A stretch of DNA of 64,000 nucleotides from Candidatus Eiseniibacteriota bacterium (GTDB lineage Bacteria > Eisenbacteria > RBG-16-71-46 > CAZAMP01). Below are positions 22,362-33,117 of the stretch, piece after piece (positions within the stretch are counted from its first letter, which is position 1; each line of letters opens with the position of its first letter). The DNA lies in NCBI GenBank assembly GCA_965224245.1, contig OZ245046.1, positions 2,912,001-2,976,000 of the forward strand, in the 5' to 3' direction. The notes beneath the pieces were generated by a model. The model searched no databases, had not been told where the DNA came from, and was given only the letters and a program-made list of their open reading frames with translations. The position numbers and the translations under genes were made by a program.

Positions 22362-25349
22362 ATGAGTGGCCATCGTCTCATCGGCGTGATCGGCGTCGCC
22401 GTTCCCGCACTCGCCGTCACCATCACGACGCTCGCTCAGGCCTCGTCGCACGAGTGGAGCCGCCGCTTCGGCTCCTCCGGGGTCGATGAGGGCGTCGACA
22501 TCGCCGTGGACGCCACCGGCAACACGGTCGCGTTCGGAGAGTTCCGGGGTACGTTGGTTCTCGGCGGCACCGCTCTGGTGAGTGCCGGGGAGCGCGATCT
22601 CGTCGTGACCAAGCTCGACGCCGACGGCAACTACCTCTGGAGCCGTCGATTCGGAAGCACCGCGAGCGAGCGGGCCGGCGGACTCGCGGTGGACACCGAC
22701 GGCGCGATCTACGTCACGGGCGCATTCCAGAGCGCGGTCGACTTCGGCGGCGGCGCACTGCTCCCGGCCGGGCAAGACGACATCTACCTCGTGAAGCTCG
22801 ACGCCGGCGGTAGTCACGTCTGGAGCCTGAGCTTCGGCGACGCCGGCCGGGACCTCGGCCTCGACGTGGCCATCGACGGCGATGCGTACCTGTACCTGAC
22901 CGGCACGTTCGGGGGCACGCTGGACCTCGGCGGCGGCCCCCTCTCGAGTGCGGGCGGGCTCGACATGTTCGTGGCGAAGTTCAAGACCTCCGGTGCATTC
23001 CAGTGGAGCCACGCGTACGGCGACGGTGGGACCGACGTCGGCGTGGGCGTCGTCGTCGACGGGGCCCACGACGTGATCGCCACCGGCGAGTTCGAGGGGA
23101 CCGTCGACTTCGGCGGGCCTCCCGTCTCGAGCAGTGGGCTCACCGACGTGTGCCTGGTCGAGCTGACCGGCGTGGGCGCCCACGTCTGGAGCCGCGCGGT
23201 CGGTGGAACCAAGACCGACGTGGCGGGCGGCGTGGCCGTGGATCCGTCCGGCTTCGTCGTCGTCACCGGCAGCTTCGAGTCCTCGGCGGACTTCGGCGGA
23301 GGCGCCCTCTCGAGTCACGGCGACACCGACATCTTCCTGGCCCGTTACGACACGAACGGCATCCACGACTGGAGCCAGAGCTTCGGCGGCCCCGACGCCG
23401 ACGTCGGCACGGCGGTCGCCGTCAACCCGGACAAGGAGATCCACGTCACCGGATACGGCGGGGACGGTGTGGACTTCGGTGGCGGCGTGCTCACCACCGC
23501 CGGAGTGACCGACATCTTCCTCGCGAAGTTCGAGAACGGCGGAGCGCATCTGTGGAGCCACGCGTTCGGAGGCGTCACCGAGGAATACGGAACGAGTCTG
23601 GCAGTGGACGCCGCGGGGACCGTCTTCACGACGGGCTCGTTCCGGAGTCGCCCGGCCGACTTCGGGGGCGACCTCATCTACAGTCGGGGCACGCTCGACA
23701 TCTTCCTGGCGTCGTACGACGCGACCGGCGTGCATCGATGGAGCGACGGCGCGGGCAGCCTCGGCTTCGAGTCCGGCAATGACGCGGCCAGCGACGCGGA
23801 TGGAAACGTCTTCGTCACCGGCGTGTTCTGCGGCTCGGTGGGATTCGGCGGCGACGTCCTCATCAGCTCGGGTACACGGGACATCTTCCTCGCCAAGTAC
23901 GACCCTTCCGGCAACCATCTCTGGAGCCAGAGCTTCGCCTCGAGCGTCCCCGCACCGGGGCCCGGAGAGATCCCGGCGGACGAGGCGCGCGGCCTGGCCG
24001 TCGACACCGACGGGAACGTCGTGATCACCGGATGGTTCGAGGGCACCGTCGACTTCGGCGGCGGACCGCGAACCGCGGTCGACGCACGCGACATCTATCT
24101 CGCCGAGTTCGACGGCGCGGGCCATCATCTCTGGAGCCGAAGCTTCGGCGGCCCCCAGGGCGATCGCGGATACGGCGTGGCCGTCGACGGCTCGGGCAAC
24201 GTGTGCCTGATCGGGTCGATCCACAGCGCGGTCGACTTCGGTGGCGGACCCCTGGCCATCACCGGCGCCGTCGACGGGTTCGTCGCCGTCTTCGATCCTT
24301 ACGGCACGCACCTCTGGAGCGGAGCGGCCTCCTCAACGGGACTCTCGGCCGCGCATGCGGTGGCGATGGATGCCGCCGGGAACGTCACGGTCGCAGGGGT
24401 CTTCGAGACCTCGGTGGATCTCGGAGGCGGCGAGATACTCGGCTTCGGCGATCAGGACCTCTTCGTCTCGCACTACACCTCCGACGGCGAGTACGTCTGG
24501 AGTCGCGGCTTCGGATCCGTCGAGCGCGACGAGATCGGCGCGATCGCCGTGGATGCGGCCGGGAACACCATCGTCACCGGCAACTTCCGAGGGGCGGCGG
24601 ACTTTGGAGGCGGGGTCCTCACCAGCGACGGGAGCCGGGACGTCTTCCTGGCCATGTACGATCCGGTCGGCGCGCACCTGTGGAGCCAGCGATTCGGAGA
24701 CGTGGGGTGGGAGAGCGGCCGGAGCCTGGACACCGACGCCGCGGGGCGGATCCTGCTCGCGGGGTCGTTCACTCGAACGATCGACTTCGGCGGCGGTGAG
24801 CTCGGCTCGGTGAGCGGCGACGACATCTTTCTGGCGGAGTTCGACACCCATGGACATCATCTCTGGAGCGAATCGTTCGGTGGGTACGGACAGGACTTCG
24901 TGGAGAGTGCCGTTCTCGTCGACCCGACGACCATCGTGCTGACGGGCCGCTACTACGACTCGGTGGACTTCGGCGGCGGTGCGCTGACGAGCGTGGGGGG
25001 CTCCGACATGTTCCTGGCGCAGCTCGGACACGAGATCGTCGGGATCGATGACGCGGCGATCGGGCACGACCGGATCGTCGGCGCGGCGCATCCGAATCCG
25101 TTCCAGGCACGCACCGCGGTCAGGCTCGATCTCTCTTCCGCGAGGAAGGTGACCGTCACCATCGTCGACGTCTCCGGCCGGCGGGTGTGCACGCTCGCGG
25201 ATCACGTCCTCTCCGCGGGGCGACACGAGATCACGTGGGACGGCCGAGACGGACGCGGGCGCGCGGTCGTTCCGGGAGTCTACGCGGTCCGGGTGCACGA
25301 GGGGTCCACGACGTCGACGCGGAAGGTCGTGCGGATCGATACGCGCTAG
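22362..25349 (+). CDS. Secreted SBBP-type beta-propeller repeat protein with FlgD/Ig-like C-terminal domain
   Basis: Many repeats of AVD..GN...TG.F...DFGGG.L...G..DIFLA.....G.H.WS; tail HPNPF...DVSGRRV..L...WDGRDGRG. Confidence 0.85.
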   Translation: MSGHRLIGVIGVAVPALAVTITTLAQASSHEWSRRFGSSGVDEGVDIAVDATGNTVAFGEFRGTLVLGGTALVSAGERDLVVTKLDADGNYLWSRRFGSTASERAGGLAVDTDGAIYVTGAFQSAVDFGGGALLPAGQDDIYLVKLDAGGSHVWSLSFGDAGRDLGLDVAIDGDAYLYLTGTFGGTLDLGGGPLSSAGGLDMFVAKFKTSGAFQWSHAYGDGGTDVGVGVVVDGAHDVIATGEFEGTVDFGGPPVSSSGLTDVCLVELTGVGAHVWSRAVGGTKTDVAGGVAVDPSGFVVVTGSFESSADFGGGALSSHGDTDIFLARYDTNGIHDWSQSFGGPDADVGTAVAVNPDKEIHVTGYGGDGVDFGGGVLTTAGVTDIFLAKFENGGAHLWSHAFGGVTEEYGTSLAVDAAGTVFTTGSFRSRPADFGGDLIYSRGTLDIFLASYDATGVHRWSDGAGSLGFESGNDAASDADGNVFVTGVFCGSVGFGGDVLISSGTRDIFLAKYDPSGNHLWSQSFASSVPAPGPGEIPADEARGLAVDTDGNVVITGWFEGTVDFGGGPRTAVDARDIYLAEFDGAGHHLWSRSFGGPQGDRGYGVAVDGSGNVCLIGSIHSAVDFGGGPLAITGAVDGFVAVFDPYGTHLWSGAASSTGLSAAHAVAMDAAGNVTVAGVFETSVDLGGGEILGFGDQDLFVSHYTSDGEYVWSRGFGSVERDEIGAIAVDAAGNTIVTGNFRGAADFGGGVLTSDGSRDVFLAMYDPVGAHLWSQRFGDVGWESGRSLDTDAAGRILLAGSFTRTIDFGGGELGSVSGDDIFLAEFDTHGHHLWSESFGGYGQDFVESAVLVDPTTIVLTGRYYDSVDFGGGALTSVGGSDMFLAQLGHEIVGIDDAAIGHDRIVGAAHPNPFQARTAVRLDLSSARKVTVTIVDVSGRRVCTLADHVLSAGRHEITWDGRDGRGRAVVPGVYAVRVHEGSTTSTRKVVRIDTR

Positions 25350-25358
25350 ACCAGGGGC

Positions 25359-26066
25359 TCAGTCCTCGTACTGGTCGTGGCGGCGCAGCCAGTCCATGGT
25401 CCAGGGCAGCTCGTCCTCGTCACGGCCCCTGGGCAGCAGATCCATGTACTGGTACGCGCCGTTGAGCATGTCCAGCCCACGCTCGTACGTGGAGTAGGTG
25501 TGGTACACCGTGTCCGTCTCGTCACGGTAGAACACGCTGACGCCCGGCAGCTCCGCGATCACCTTCCTCGGCCGGTAGTTGTGCTCGGCGCTCCCCGACT
25601 CGACCTGCTCGTCGGTGTACGACACCTGGAAGTCGAAGTTGAAGTCGCTCTCGTGAGACGAGTACCAGGGGAAGGTCCAGCCCATTCGCCGGCGATAGGC
25701 CGCGAGCTTCTCGTATGGGGCACGGGAGACGGCCACCAGCGTTGCGTCGCGGTGCGCGAGATGAATGGGGATGCCCTCGAAGTTGTCCGCCCAGAACGAG
25801 CAGCTGGGGCAGCCCTCGTCCCAGTCGGGGCCGTACATGAAGTGATACACGACGAGCTGGCTTCGATCGGCAAACAGATCGCTCAGCGATCGCCGACCCT
25901 CTGCGCCCTCGAACACGTACGGCTTGGTGACCTTCACCCAGGGCAGGCTCCGTCGCTGTCTGGACAGCTCGTCACGCAGGCGGGTGAGCTCCTTCTCCCT
26001 GGCGAGGAGTGCCTTGCGTGCCTCGATCCACTCCGGCCTCGACACCACGGAACGATCCGACATCAT
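25359..26066 (-). CDS. DUF899 thioredoxin-like protein
   Basis: ARKALLAREKELT, YHFMYGP, GCPSCS, YHTYSTY.RG. Confidence 0.9.
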   Translation of the reverse strand: MMSDRSVVSRPEWIEARKALLAREKELTRLRDELSRQRRSLPWVKVTKPYVFEGAEGRRSLSDLFADRSQLVVYHFMYGPDWDEGCPSCSFWADNFEGIPIHLAHRDATLVAVSRAPYEKLAAYRRRMGWTFPWYSSHESDFNFDFQVSYTDEQVESGSAEHNYRPRKVIAELPGVSVFYRDETDTVYHTYSTYERGLDMLNGAYQYMDLLPRGRDEDELPWTMDWLRRHDQYED

Positions 26067-26138
26067 GCCTCCTCGAATGGGGCCGTCACTCGTGACGCAG
26101 ACTCGAGCCAGACCGCCGGGTCGTCGAGTCGTCGCACA

Positions 26139-26945
26139 CTAGTCGTTCGGGTGCAGAAGCCAGGTCAGAGCGGGCTCGAGCTCGTCTCGCCACGACGCCC
26201 ACCCGTGATCACCCGGGTAGAGATTGTACGTGACGGTCGCTCCGATTGCTCTGAATCTGGCCACCGCCGCCTCGACGCCTTCGATCTGCGAGAGCTCCTG
26301 AAAGAGCCCCGTCGGCGGATGAGAGACGAGGGTGTCGGTCTCCCGGTCACCGACGCTCAGCCAGAGCTTCACGTCGGCGCGCGGAACGCTCACCTCGTTC
26401 GCCAGAAGCCACCAGAACGACCCTGACTGACTCAGGCAGCGCGTGAAGACCGTCGGGTAGCTGAGCGAGACGTGGGCGCTGGCCAGGCCGCTCAGGCTCA
26501 TGCCACAGATCACGTTGTCGGACTCCATGATCATCGGACGCCGCGCTCGGATCCACGGGACGACGTCCCCGGCGATGAACTCGGCGTAGGACGGGTTCCA
26601 GAGGAAGTCCTCGTGGCGGGACGCCATGTCGAGTTGAGACACGAACGCGAACGACGTCGGTGGAATCGTTCCGGTCTCCACGAGACGATCGAGGACGTCG
26701 ACCGTGCCCATCTGCTCGAGGTAGAACTCCGCATCGAGAAAGAGACACAGCCGATGCTTACGCTGCGTCGGCCCGTCGAGTAGCCACACGTCACGCGCGT
26801 AGCGTCCGCGTTCGCTGCGTACGAGCTGCCGTTCGAGTGCCACGATCCAGCTCCCCGGACGACCGGCGGTCCTTTGCAGACAGCCCGTTTCCGTCTTCAC
26901 GGCGGCCGATCCCCGATCAGCGGTAGATCGCGATCTCCCGCTCAT
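26139..26945 (-). CDS. Fes-like esterase (alpha/beta hydrolase); start uncertain
   Basis: Nucleophile GMSLSG, SQSGSFWW, G.H..ASW. Confidence 0.8.
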   Translation of the reverse strand: MSGRSRSTADRGSAAVKTETGCLQRTAGRPGSWIVALERQLVRSERGRYARDVWLLDGPTQRKHRLCLFLDAEFYLEQMGTVDVLDRLVETGTIPPTSFAFVSQLDMASRHEDFLWNPSYAEFIAGDVVPWIRARRPMIMESDNVICGMSLSGLASAHVSLSYPTVFTRCLSQSGSFWWLLANEVSVPRADVKLWLSVGDRETDTLVSHPPTGLFQELSQIEGVEAAVARFRAIGATVTYNLYPGDHGWASWRDELEPALTWLLHPND

Positions 26946-27408
26946 GGCGCTCCCCGTCCGGGTCGCGCTCCGTCTCGACGCCCTCGATCCGCATCACGTA
27001 GCCGAGAGGGAACCCGTGCTCTCGGGCTCCTCTCACCACGTGCTCCTTGTACCAGTGGAACGGCTTCAGTCGCCGGTCGACGTTCGTCGCGTAGTACGTC
27101 GTGGCCGACAGGAGCCGACCCTCGATGCTCGCGACCACCACCTGCCTTTGCGCGTACCCGATGCCCAGCCCCTCCGTCCGATCGAGATCGATCTTCTCGC
27201 CTTCGCCGATCTCGAACACGACTCCGTACACGACGTCCGCGGGGCTCCTCGTCTCCACGATGTCGCACTTGCCGGATCCATCCCGGCCTACCTTGTGGAA
27301 CCGCAGCTCGTGCTCGATCAGGCCCGCCACGGTGACGACGGTCGCGGAAGGCGCCCTCAGACGCATCCTGGCCGTGGACATGTTCGAGCCGTAGGAGAAG
27401 TAGTACAT
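26917..27408 (-). CDS. Gamma-glutamylcyclotransferase family protein
   Basis: YYFSYGSNM, LDRTEG. Confidence 0.88.
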   Translation of the reverse strand: MYYFSYGSNMSTARMRLRAPSATVVTVAGLIEHELRFHKVGRDGSGKCDIVETRSPADVVYGVVFEIGEGEKIDLDRTEGLGIGYAQRQVVVASIEGRLLSATTYYATNVDRRLKPFHWYKEHVVRGAREHGFPLGYVMRIEGVETERDPDGERHEREIAIYR

Positions 27409-27568
27409 GGACTCCCCATGGCGCCGCGTCGGGTGCCGCCGAGCCGACGAACCGTCCTGGACCTCGACGACGGGCAAGCGGTCTCTCCCATGCCATCCAC
27501 GCGCGAGTTCGCGGCGATGCCGGGCATCGTCCCATGCGGATCGATCGCTGGCCCGTCGACGGGCGCCA

Positions 27569-28204
27569 TCAGTGATGGATCGCCTTGATGGCCGCCCAGC
27601 TTCGGCTGGCGACCGGCGTGTTCATCGCACAGGGATTGAACCCCGCCCCCTCCGCACCGAAGTCGATGACGCCGAGATCGTCGGACGACAGGTCGTGAAG
27701 CGCTCCGTCGGCGAACACCGATACCTCGCCCGTGAGGTCGTCGCCGCGGATGCCGAGAGTCCCGGGGCCCTCCATGGTCGCCCGGATGTAGCCCACGAGC
27801 ACCAGCTCGTCGATGCCTCCGGTCTCGAGGGGGGGATCCCACCGGATCGTCTGAAACGACATGCAGCTCGGCTCGAAAGTCAGGGGCCACACGAGCGTCA
27901 CCCCCGAGCGACAGGCTTGCCAGCGGCCGACGTGAAGCGCGGCCGAGCAGTCGAAGCCGAAGCTGACGTCGCTCACGGACTCGACGCCCGTGAGATAGAG
28001 GAACGCCCCCTGGACGACCTCGCGGTAGCCCTCGACGACCACCGAGCCACAGCCCATACCCTGGATGGCGGACCTCTCGCACGGCGGATCGTCGACCTCG
28101 GGAACCCATCGTGCAACGTGGAGGACCAGCTGTGGTCCAGCGAACGCGTGGGCGGCGTACAGTGCCGCACACGAGACCCCGGCCAGGAGCAACCTCGTTC
28201 TCAT
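27569..28204 (-). CDS. Secreted hypothetical protein with C-terminal TPVASRSWAAIKAIHH tail
   Basis: Signal peptide; tail similar to that of 16376-16894. Confidence 0.7.
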   Translation of the reverse strand: MRTRLLLAGVSCAALYAAHAFAGPQLVLHVARWVPEVDDPPCERSAIQGMGCGSVVVEGYREVVQGAFLYLTGVESVSDVSFGFDCSAALHVGRWQACRSGVTLVWPLTFEPSCMSFQTIRWDPPLETGGIDELVLVGYIRATMEGPGTLGIRGDDLTGEVSVFADGALHDLSSDDLGVIDFGAEGAGFNPCAMNTPVASRSWAAIKAIHH

Positions 28205-28321
28205 CGGACTCTCCTCCGATCGACGAAACGGCGGGAGAGGGTCCCGTCTCGGTTGTCCGAACCCCGGCAGCCTCTGATCAGCCTACCCGCCACGCACCGT
28301 CGACCGCAATGGTCGCGGGCC

Positions 28322-28840
28322 TCAGCGCACCCTCGGCAGGGTGGTCTCCCACAGACACCCGTCCGGCTCCCAGTCGATCTCGCGCGCGATCGTGATCAGC
28401 GAATCGGACACCGTGTCCAGCACCCGCGAGCATCCCGGTCGCGACACAACCGAATGGGAGCGCCGGGCCAGCTGCACGGAGAGCTCGACGCCCTCGTAGA
28501 CGGGCCAGGGCGGCGGAGTCCCGAAGCAGCCGATGACGATCTCGAGCGGACACTGCATTCCCACCTTGCTCGGAAGATCGACGTACTCGGTTCCGGTGAT
28601 GCTCCTCACCGCACGTCGCATCTGTGCGGAGCCGATGCGACCACTGAAGCATCCGACGAGGTCATCGAACCGGCGAGCGTCGAGCCTGGCAATGCCATCG
28701 CTCTTGAACTCCAGAGTGAACCGCTGACCGTCACCTCCACGCGTGAGCCGGATGACCTCGCCGGCATCGTTCGGCAGGGCACGTTCCGCGGCGTACGGCA
28801 TCGTGGTTGCGAGCAAGGCTGCGGCGACCAGAGTCATCAT
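28322..28840 (-). CDS. Hypothetical secreted protein
   Basis: Signal-like N-terminus; fills the slot between attC remnants. Confidence 0.55.
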   Translation of the reverse strand: MMTLVAAALLATTMPYAAERALPNDAGEVIRLTRGGDGQRFTLEFKSDGIARLDARRFDDLVGCFSGRIGSAQMRRAVRSITGTEYVDLPSKVGMQCPLEIVIGCFGTPPPWPVYEGVELSVQLARRSHSVVSRPGCSRVLDTVSDSLITIAREIDWEPDGCLWETTLPRVR

Positions 28841-28907
28841 GGTGTGCGTCCAGCGCCCGACGTGGGGCCGACCTGACTCCTGGCTCGTCGTCCGGCGGCC
28901 GCCGTGG

Positions 28908-29714
28908 CTAGGCGGTGGCGGTTCCCGTGACGACGTGGGCCGGTGCGCGGAACACGACCTGTCCGCCGTCGGTCACGTACTCCGCGAGGGCGCCGCTGGC
29001 CTCCTTCAGAATGTCCTGAATCAGCTCCTCGTTCAACAGGACTCCCATGACCGGCAGCCAGCCCCGGAGATCGGCCTCGACCATCGCCTCGACGCTGGGA
29101 AAGCGGGCGGTTCCGTCATGGGTCGCGACGGCCACCGACCCGACACCCGAGTCCTCGAACAGGGCGCCCAGCGCGTCCGTGTCTCCGAGCACGAAAGGCG
29201 CGCGTAGCGCGTCGGCGGCGTCGGTGCCCGCAAGACGCTCCAGCAGCTCCACTTCGATGGGATAGGCCTCCGAGTTCTCCAGGCTGTCCCAGACCGCGAC
29301 GGCCAGCCTCCCGCCCGGCTTGAGGACCCGGATCATCTCTCCGAGGGCCCGTGAGCGATCACCGAAGAACATCAGACCGAACTGGCAGCACACCGCGTCG
29401 AAGGACCGATCGGGATACGGAAGCGCCTCGGCGACACCCTCTCTCCACTCGACGTGCGGCGCCAGCTCCTTCGCGACCGCCAGCATCCCCGGCCCGGGGT
29501 CGATCCCCGCGACCGAGCCGCCGGGGCCGACGCGGCCCGCGGCCTCCCGGGCCAGAACACCGGTGCCACAGGCGACGTCGAGTACCCGATCCCCGACGCC
29601 GACCCTGGCCGCGTCGAGTACGCGAGGGCACCACTGCGCGAACAGTGCCGGCACATGTAGGTTCTCGTAGGCTCGCGCTCCGGCGATTTGCTCGTCGAGA
29701 TTGTCGTCTCGCAT
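28908..29714 (-). CDS. Class I SAM-dependent methyltransferase
   Basis: VLDVACGTG, FDAVCCQFGLMFF, VLKPGG. Confidence 0.92.
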   Translation of the reverse strand: MRDDNLDEQIAGARAYENLHVPALFAQWCPRVLDAARVGVGDRVLDVACGTGVLAREAAGRVGPGGSVAGIDPGPGMLAVAKELAPHVEWREGVAEALPYPDRSFDAVCCQFGLMFFGDRSRALGEMIRVLKPGGRLAVAVWDSLENSEAYPIEVELLERLAGTDAADALRAPFVLGDTDALGALFEDSGVGSVAVATHDGTARFPSVEAMVEADLRGWLPVMGVLLNEELIQDILKEASGALAEYVTDGGQVVFRAPAHVVTGTATA

Positions 29715-29760
29715 GATGCCTCCGTCGTCCGTTCATTGATGCCGGCGCGATCGGCGACCG

Positions 29761-30165
29761 CTATCCGGACTGCCTCGCATAGTTTCGGATCATCATCCCG
29801 GTTGCCGGCTTCATGCCCAGGCCCGAGTAGAACACCTGGAGTTCCGGGTCGCAAAAGAGATCCACCATGTAGAGGGAGGAGAGCCGCCCCAGCATCCGCG
29901 AGACGAGTCCACGCCCGATCCCTCGTCCCTGGTGGTCCGGCAGCACCTCCAGGAATGGAATGTACGCCGCCAGCACGCCATCGGTGATCGCGGTGATGAA
30001 CCCCACGACGCGACCGGACTCGTCGTCGACGGCAACGACCACGTGCGTGCTCTTCCGCAGCAGATGAAGGTGCGTCTCGGGGCTGGGTCTCCGGGGCCAG
30101 CCCTCGAAGAAGCCGATGAGCTGCTCGGCACACACCCCCTCGACGTCATCCCGGTAGCGGATCAT
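29761..30165 (-). CDS. GNAT acetyltransferase
   Basis: LEVLPDHQGRGIG, FY..LG. Confidence 0.9.
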   Translation of the reverse strand: MIRYRDDVEGVCAEQLIGFFEGWPRRPSPETHLHLLRKSTHVVVAVDDESGRVVGFITAITDGVLAAYIPFLEVLPDHQGRGIGRGLVSRMLGRLSSLYMVDLFCDPELQVFYSGLGMKPATGMMIRNYARQSG

Positions 30166-30467
30166 CTCGACTCCTTGCTCTCCGACTCACGGCTTGCTGG
30201 CCACGCCGCAGTACGAGACGAGTCATCGCCGGGGATCGGCAGGGCACCACGGCCCGTGCACCGATGGCCGGCGGCGACCTCTGAGCCAGGGGGTCGAGCC
30301 CAGATTACCGACGACGTAGCGTCCGTGCGGCGAGGCCGGGAGAAGAGGCTCTGCCACCACGCGAGGCGGTCACGACTCCAGAAGAGACCGGACGAGAAGC
30401 CGAGGTAGCCGGGCTCGAGCTCGGAGCGGCAGCGGGGACACGGTCCAACGGTCCGGCCAGCCATGAT
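30162..30467 (-). pseudogene. Small zinc-ribbon-type protein, apparently degenerate at the C-terminus
   Basis: CPRC..LEPGYL...GLFW; the second CxxC is reduced to HRCTGR and the ORF runs on into the next gene. Confidence 0.45.
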
Positions 30468-30569
30468 GCACACCTCCTCCCAGGGGCTTCGTCCCGGGTG
30501 TATCACCCCGCGCTCGCGCCGCCACGTTTGCCACCGATCCCCGCACTCGACTGCAGATGCATCTCGACG

Positions 30570-31532
30570 TCAGCCGCCGAGCGACAGCAAGACCAGGGTC
30601 TGAAGCTCGGCATCCAGAAGCTCCCTGCCGTCATACACCGACGTCAGCCGGGTGATTCGTCCCTGCGCATCCAGCTCCAGCGCGGTGATGCCCGACTTGA
30701 CGCCCATCCTCGGACTCCCGATCCATTCGAACCCGCCACCGGAATCGCTACCCACGACATGCCTCAGCTTCGCGCCTTCTCCGAATGGTGCCTCCGGGAG
30801 CACTCGACTCAGGTATTGCCGGATCTCGGACTGACCCAGCAGCTGAGCGCGAAGGGTCATGTCCTCGTAGACCGCGTCGTAGCTGAACAGACTCGAGGCC
30901 GCCTCGGCATCCGCGGCCGCGAAGGCACGCTGGAGATCGGTGGCGACCGAACGGATCTTCTGTGACGCCCTCGGATCGATGGAGCTCTCTTTGAAGTCGG
31001 TCGGGAACGTCTCCTCCGGCGTTCGCATCTTGCCGTAGAGATCGGCATCGAAGCTTCTGCTGTCCCAGTAGTCGACCCAGCGAACGACCGTGCCGTCCTC
31101 GAAATCGACCGCGCCCAGTATGCGCAGCTCCCCACCGAACAGCTCGGGTGTGTCGGTGAACGCTACGACGGCGCTCCCCGATCCCCCGATGATGCGTGTG
31201 GGATAGGACAGACCCGTCTCGGGCCAGGCCGGCATGTACTGGGCAAAGATGCCCTCGAGGGCATCGAAGCTGTTCAGTGACCAGCCGAGAGTGGCATCGG
31301 TGTAGGTCACCAGGCTCGGAGCGAAGTGCTCCATCGTCCCGTCGACATCATGACGACTCTTCGCGGTGAAGAACGAGGCGAAGAAGGTGCTCACCTCATC
31401 CGATGCGTGGCTCGTATCGACGATCTGAGGGTAGAGGGAATCACCTTCGTCCTGAGTGAGTCCAGCACCCGCTCCGAGAGCCAGACACGTCACGACGAGA
31501 ACGGCGACGAAGCGCCCTTTGGACCGGCTCAT
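30570..31532 (-). CDS. Secreted tandem SnoaL/NTF2-like protein
   Basis: Signal peptide; FF..FF.AKS.HD, RWVDYWD; second repeat FS.DAVYED. Confidence 0.75.
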   Translation of the reverse strand: MSRSKGRFVAVLVVTCLALGAGAGLTQDEGDSLYPQIVDTSHASDEVSTFFASFFTAKSRHDVDGTMEHFAPSLVTYTDATLGWSLNSFDALEGIFAQYMPAWPETGLSYPTRIIGGSGSAVVAFTDTPELFGGELRILGAVDFEDGTVVRWVDYWDSRSFDADLYGKMRTPEETFPTDFKESSIDPRASQKIRSVATDLQRAFAAADAEAASSLFSYDAVYEDMTLRAQLLGQSEIRQYLSRVLPEAPFGEGAKLRHVVGSDSGGGFEWIGSPRMGVKSGITALELDAQGRITRLTSVYDGRELLDAELQTLVLLSLGG

Positions 31533-31759
31533 GGTATTCCTTTCACGTGCGTGGTTGGGAGGTCGAGCGTCCTCGGCCCCCTGGTGTCTTCAGCAGTATG
31601 GCGTATGCCGCTGATCGGTGGCCGACCGAGGGCCGGTCCGCCTGAAGCCGCATCTTAGATGCATCCACGTAACAGCGCACCAGGTACCTTCCGGGTCTGC
31701 GACGCAACCCGTTCGCCGATGACGAGTGCGGCGCTTCCCGTCACGCCGCGATCGCGTTG

Positions 31760-32436
31760 CTAGGCCCCGTGCGTACGCCGTATCGCTTCGACCGGAAACG
31801 GTGGCCCATGGGCGGGATAGATCATGGTGGCGCCGCGATCGACGACGCGCGCCCAGCTCCGTTCCAGCGCCTCCACGTCGTCGCCCAGGATGGCCAGCCG
31901 AGGACCGAGCGTGAGCGGAAGGCGGTTCATCGCGAGATCACCGACGAACGCCTCTCCGGATTCGAGAACCACGGAGATCGACCCCGGCGAGTGTCCGGGA
32001 GTCGGGATCGCGACCCCGGGGATCCCGAAGTCCTCCAGGGACCAGGGATCGTCGCCGAGCCGAAGATCGACCTCCGCCGGCGACAGACGGATCAGCGGAC
32101 GGGCGAGGCGGTGCATCGCCATGAAGACGCGGCCCCATGTCGTCAGTCCGGGCGGGAGCGGTGGGTTTCCCTCCTCGACCCAGCTCGCCTCTCGCTCGTG
32201 CACCGCCAGCGGCGCACCCGTGAGGGAGCGGATCGCGGCGGCCGAGCCCATGTGGTCCCAGTGGGCGTGCGTCAACAACACGAGCCCCACCTCGTCCGGC
32301 CGAACTCCAGCTCGCTCGAGGCCCCGGAGGAAGGCCGGCGCACGGCTGGGCTGCCCCGCGTCGATCGCGACCACGCCCCGAGCTCGCAGCACCCAGCACG
32401 TGTCGAAGCCCAGTGGAATCTCGTGAATCTCCGTCA
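31760..32436 (-). CDS. Metallo-beta-lactamase-fold hydrolase (start approximate)
   Basis: THAHWDHMG, TPGHSPG, GD, PAHG. Confidence 0.9.
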
Positions 32437-32519
32437 CACCCACCTCGTGAGGGCCGGTCCGTCGGTCCACGCACCCCTCTCGATGCCGGAGCTCTGACCG
32501 GCCACACATTCCGGCTCAG

Positions 32520-33068
32520 CTACCGGGACCTTACCTCCAGCGTGAACACGTCGTCTGTCGCCGCGTCGGTCGACGCACCGGTCGACACGGCCCGAACGAA
32601 CCCGCACTTCTCGAGCACGCGACGCGAAGGCGGGTTGTTCGTGGCCACTCCGCCGATGATCCGGGTCACGCCCACGCCGCGGCACCAGTCCACGAACCCC
32701 CGAATCAGCTCGCTGGCCAGGCCGCGTCCCCAGGCCGCCTCGGCCAGCAGGTAGCCGAGACGGAGCACCACTCCGTCCCCCCTCTCCCCGTCCTGAAGCA
32801 AGATGACGAGGCCGACGGCGCGTCGCGAGGACCGCTCGACCACGAGAAGCGTGACGCCCTCCTCGTCGCGTGCCCGGATCCAGTCTCTCGCGCGGGCGAC
32901 CGAGTAGGCACCGTGCCACTCCGGCGGCAGAGCGCGCGTGACCTCCTCGGTGAGGATCGACATGACCGCGTGCTCGAGATCGCCTTCACCCGGGTCATGA
33001 GACGACAGCGAGTGCCACTCCCCGACCATGAGGCGCGGCGTCTCGAACCTGCAAGTCGTGAGATCCAT
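32520..33068 (-). CDS. GNAT acetyltransferase (RimJ/RimL-like)
   Basis: ETPRL, LGY...AWGRGLASE, N.PS.RVLEKCGF. Confidence 0.88.
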   Translation of the reverse strand: MDLTTCRFETPRLMVGEWHSLSSHDPGEGDLEHAVMSILTEEVTRALPPEWHGAYSVARARDWIRARDEEGVTLLVVERSSRRAVGLVILLQDGERGDGVVLRLGYLLAEAAWGRGLASELIRGFVDWCRGVGVTRIIGGVATNNPPSRRVLEKCGFVRAVSTGASTDAATDDVFTLEVRSR

Positions 33069-33117
33069 CCGGGCTCTCCCTGGAAAGACTGGAGCCGATG
33101 CTGACGGCTGCGGCCGG

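Noticed and set aside
22400-25030. Recurrent gacttcggcggc-type DNA repeats suggesting a CRISPR or repeat array
   Set aside because: They encode the DFGGG motif of protein propeller repeats inside one ORF; there is no repeat-spacer structure and no cas genes
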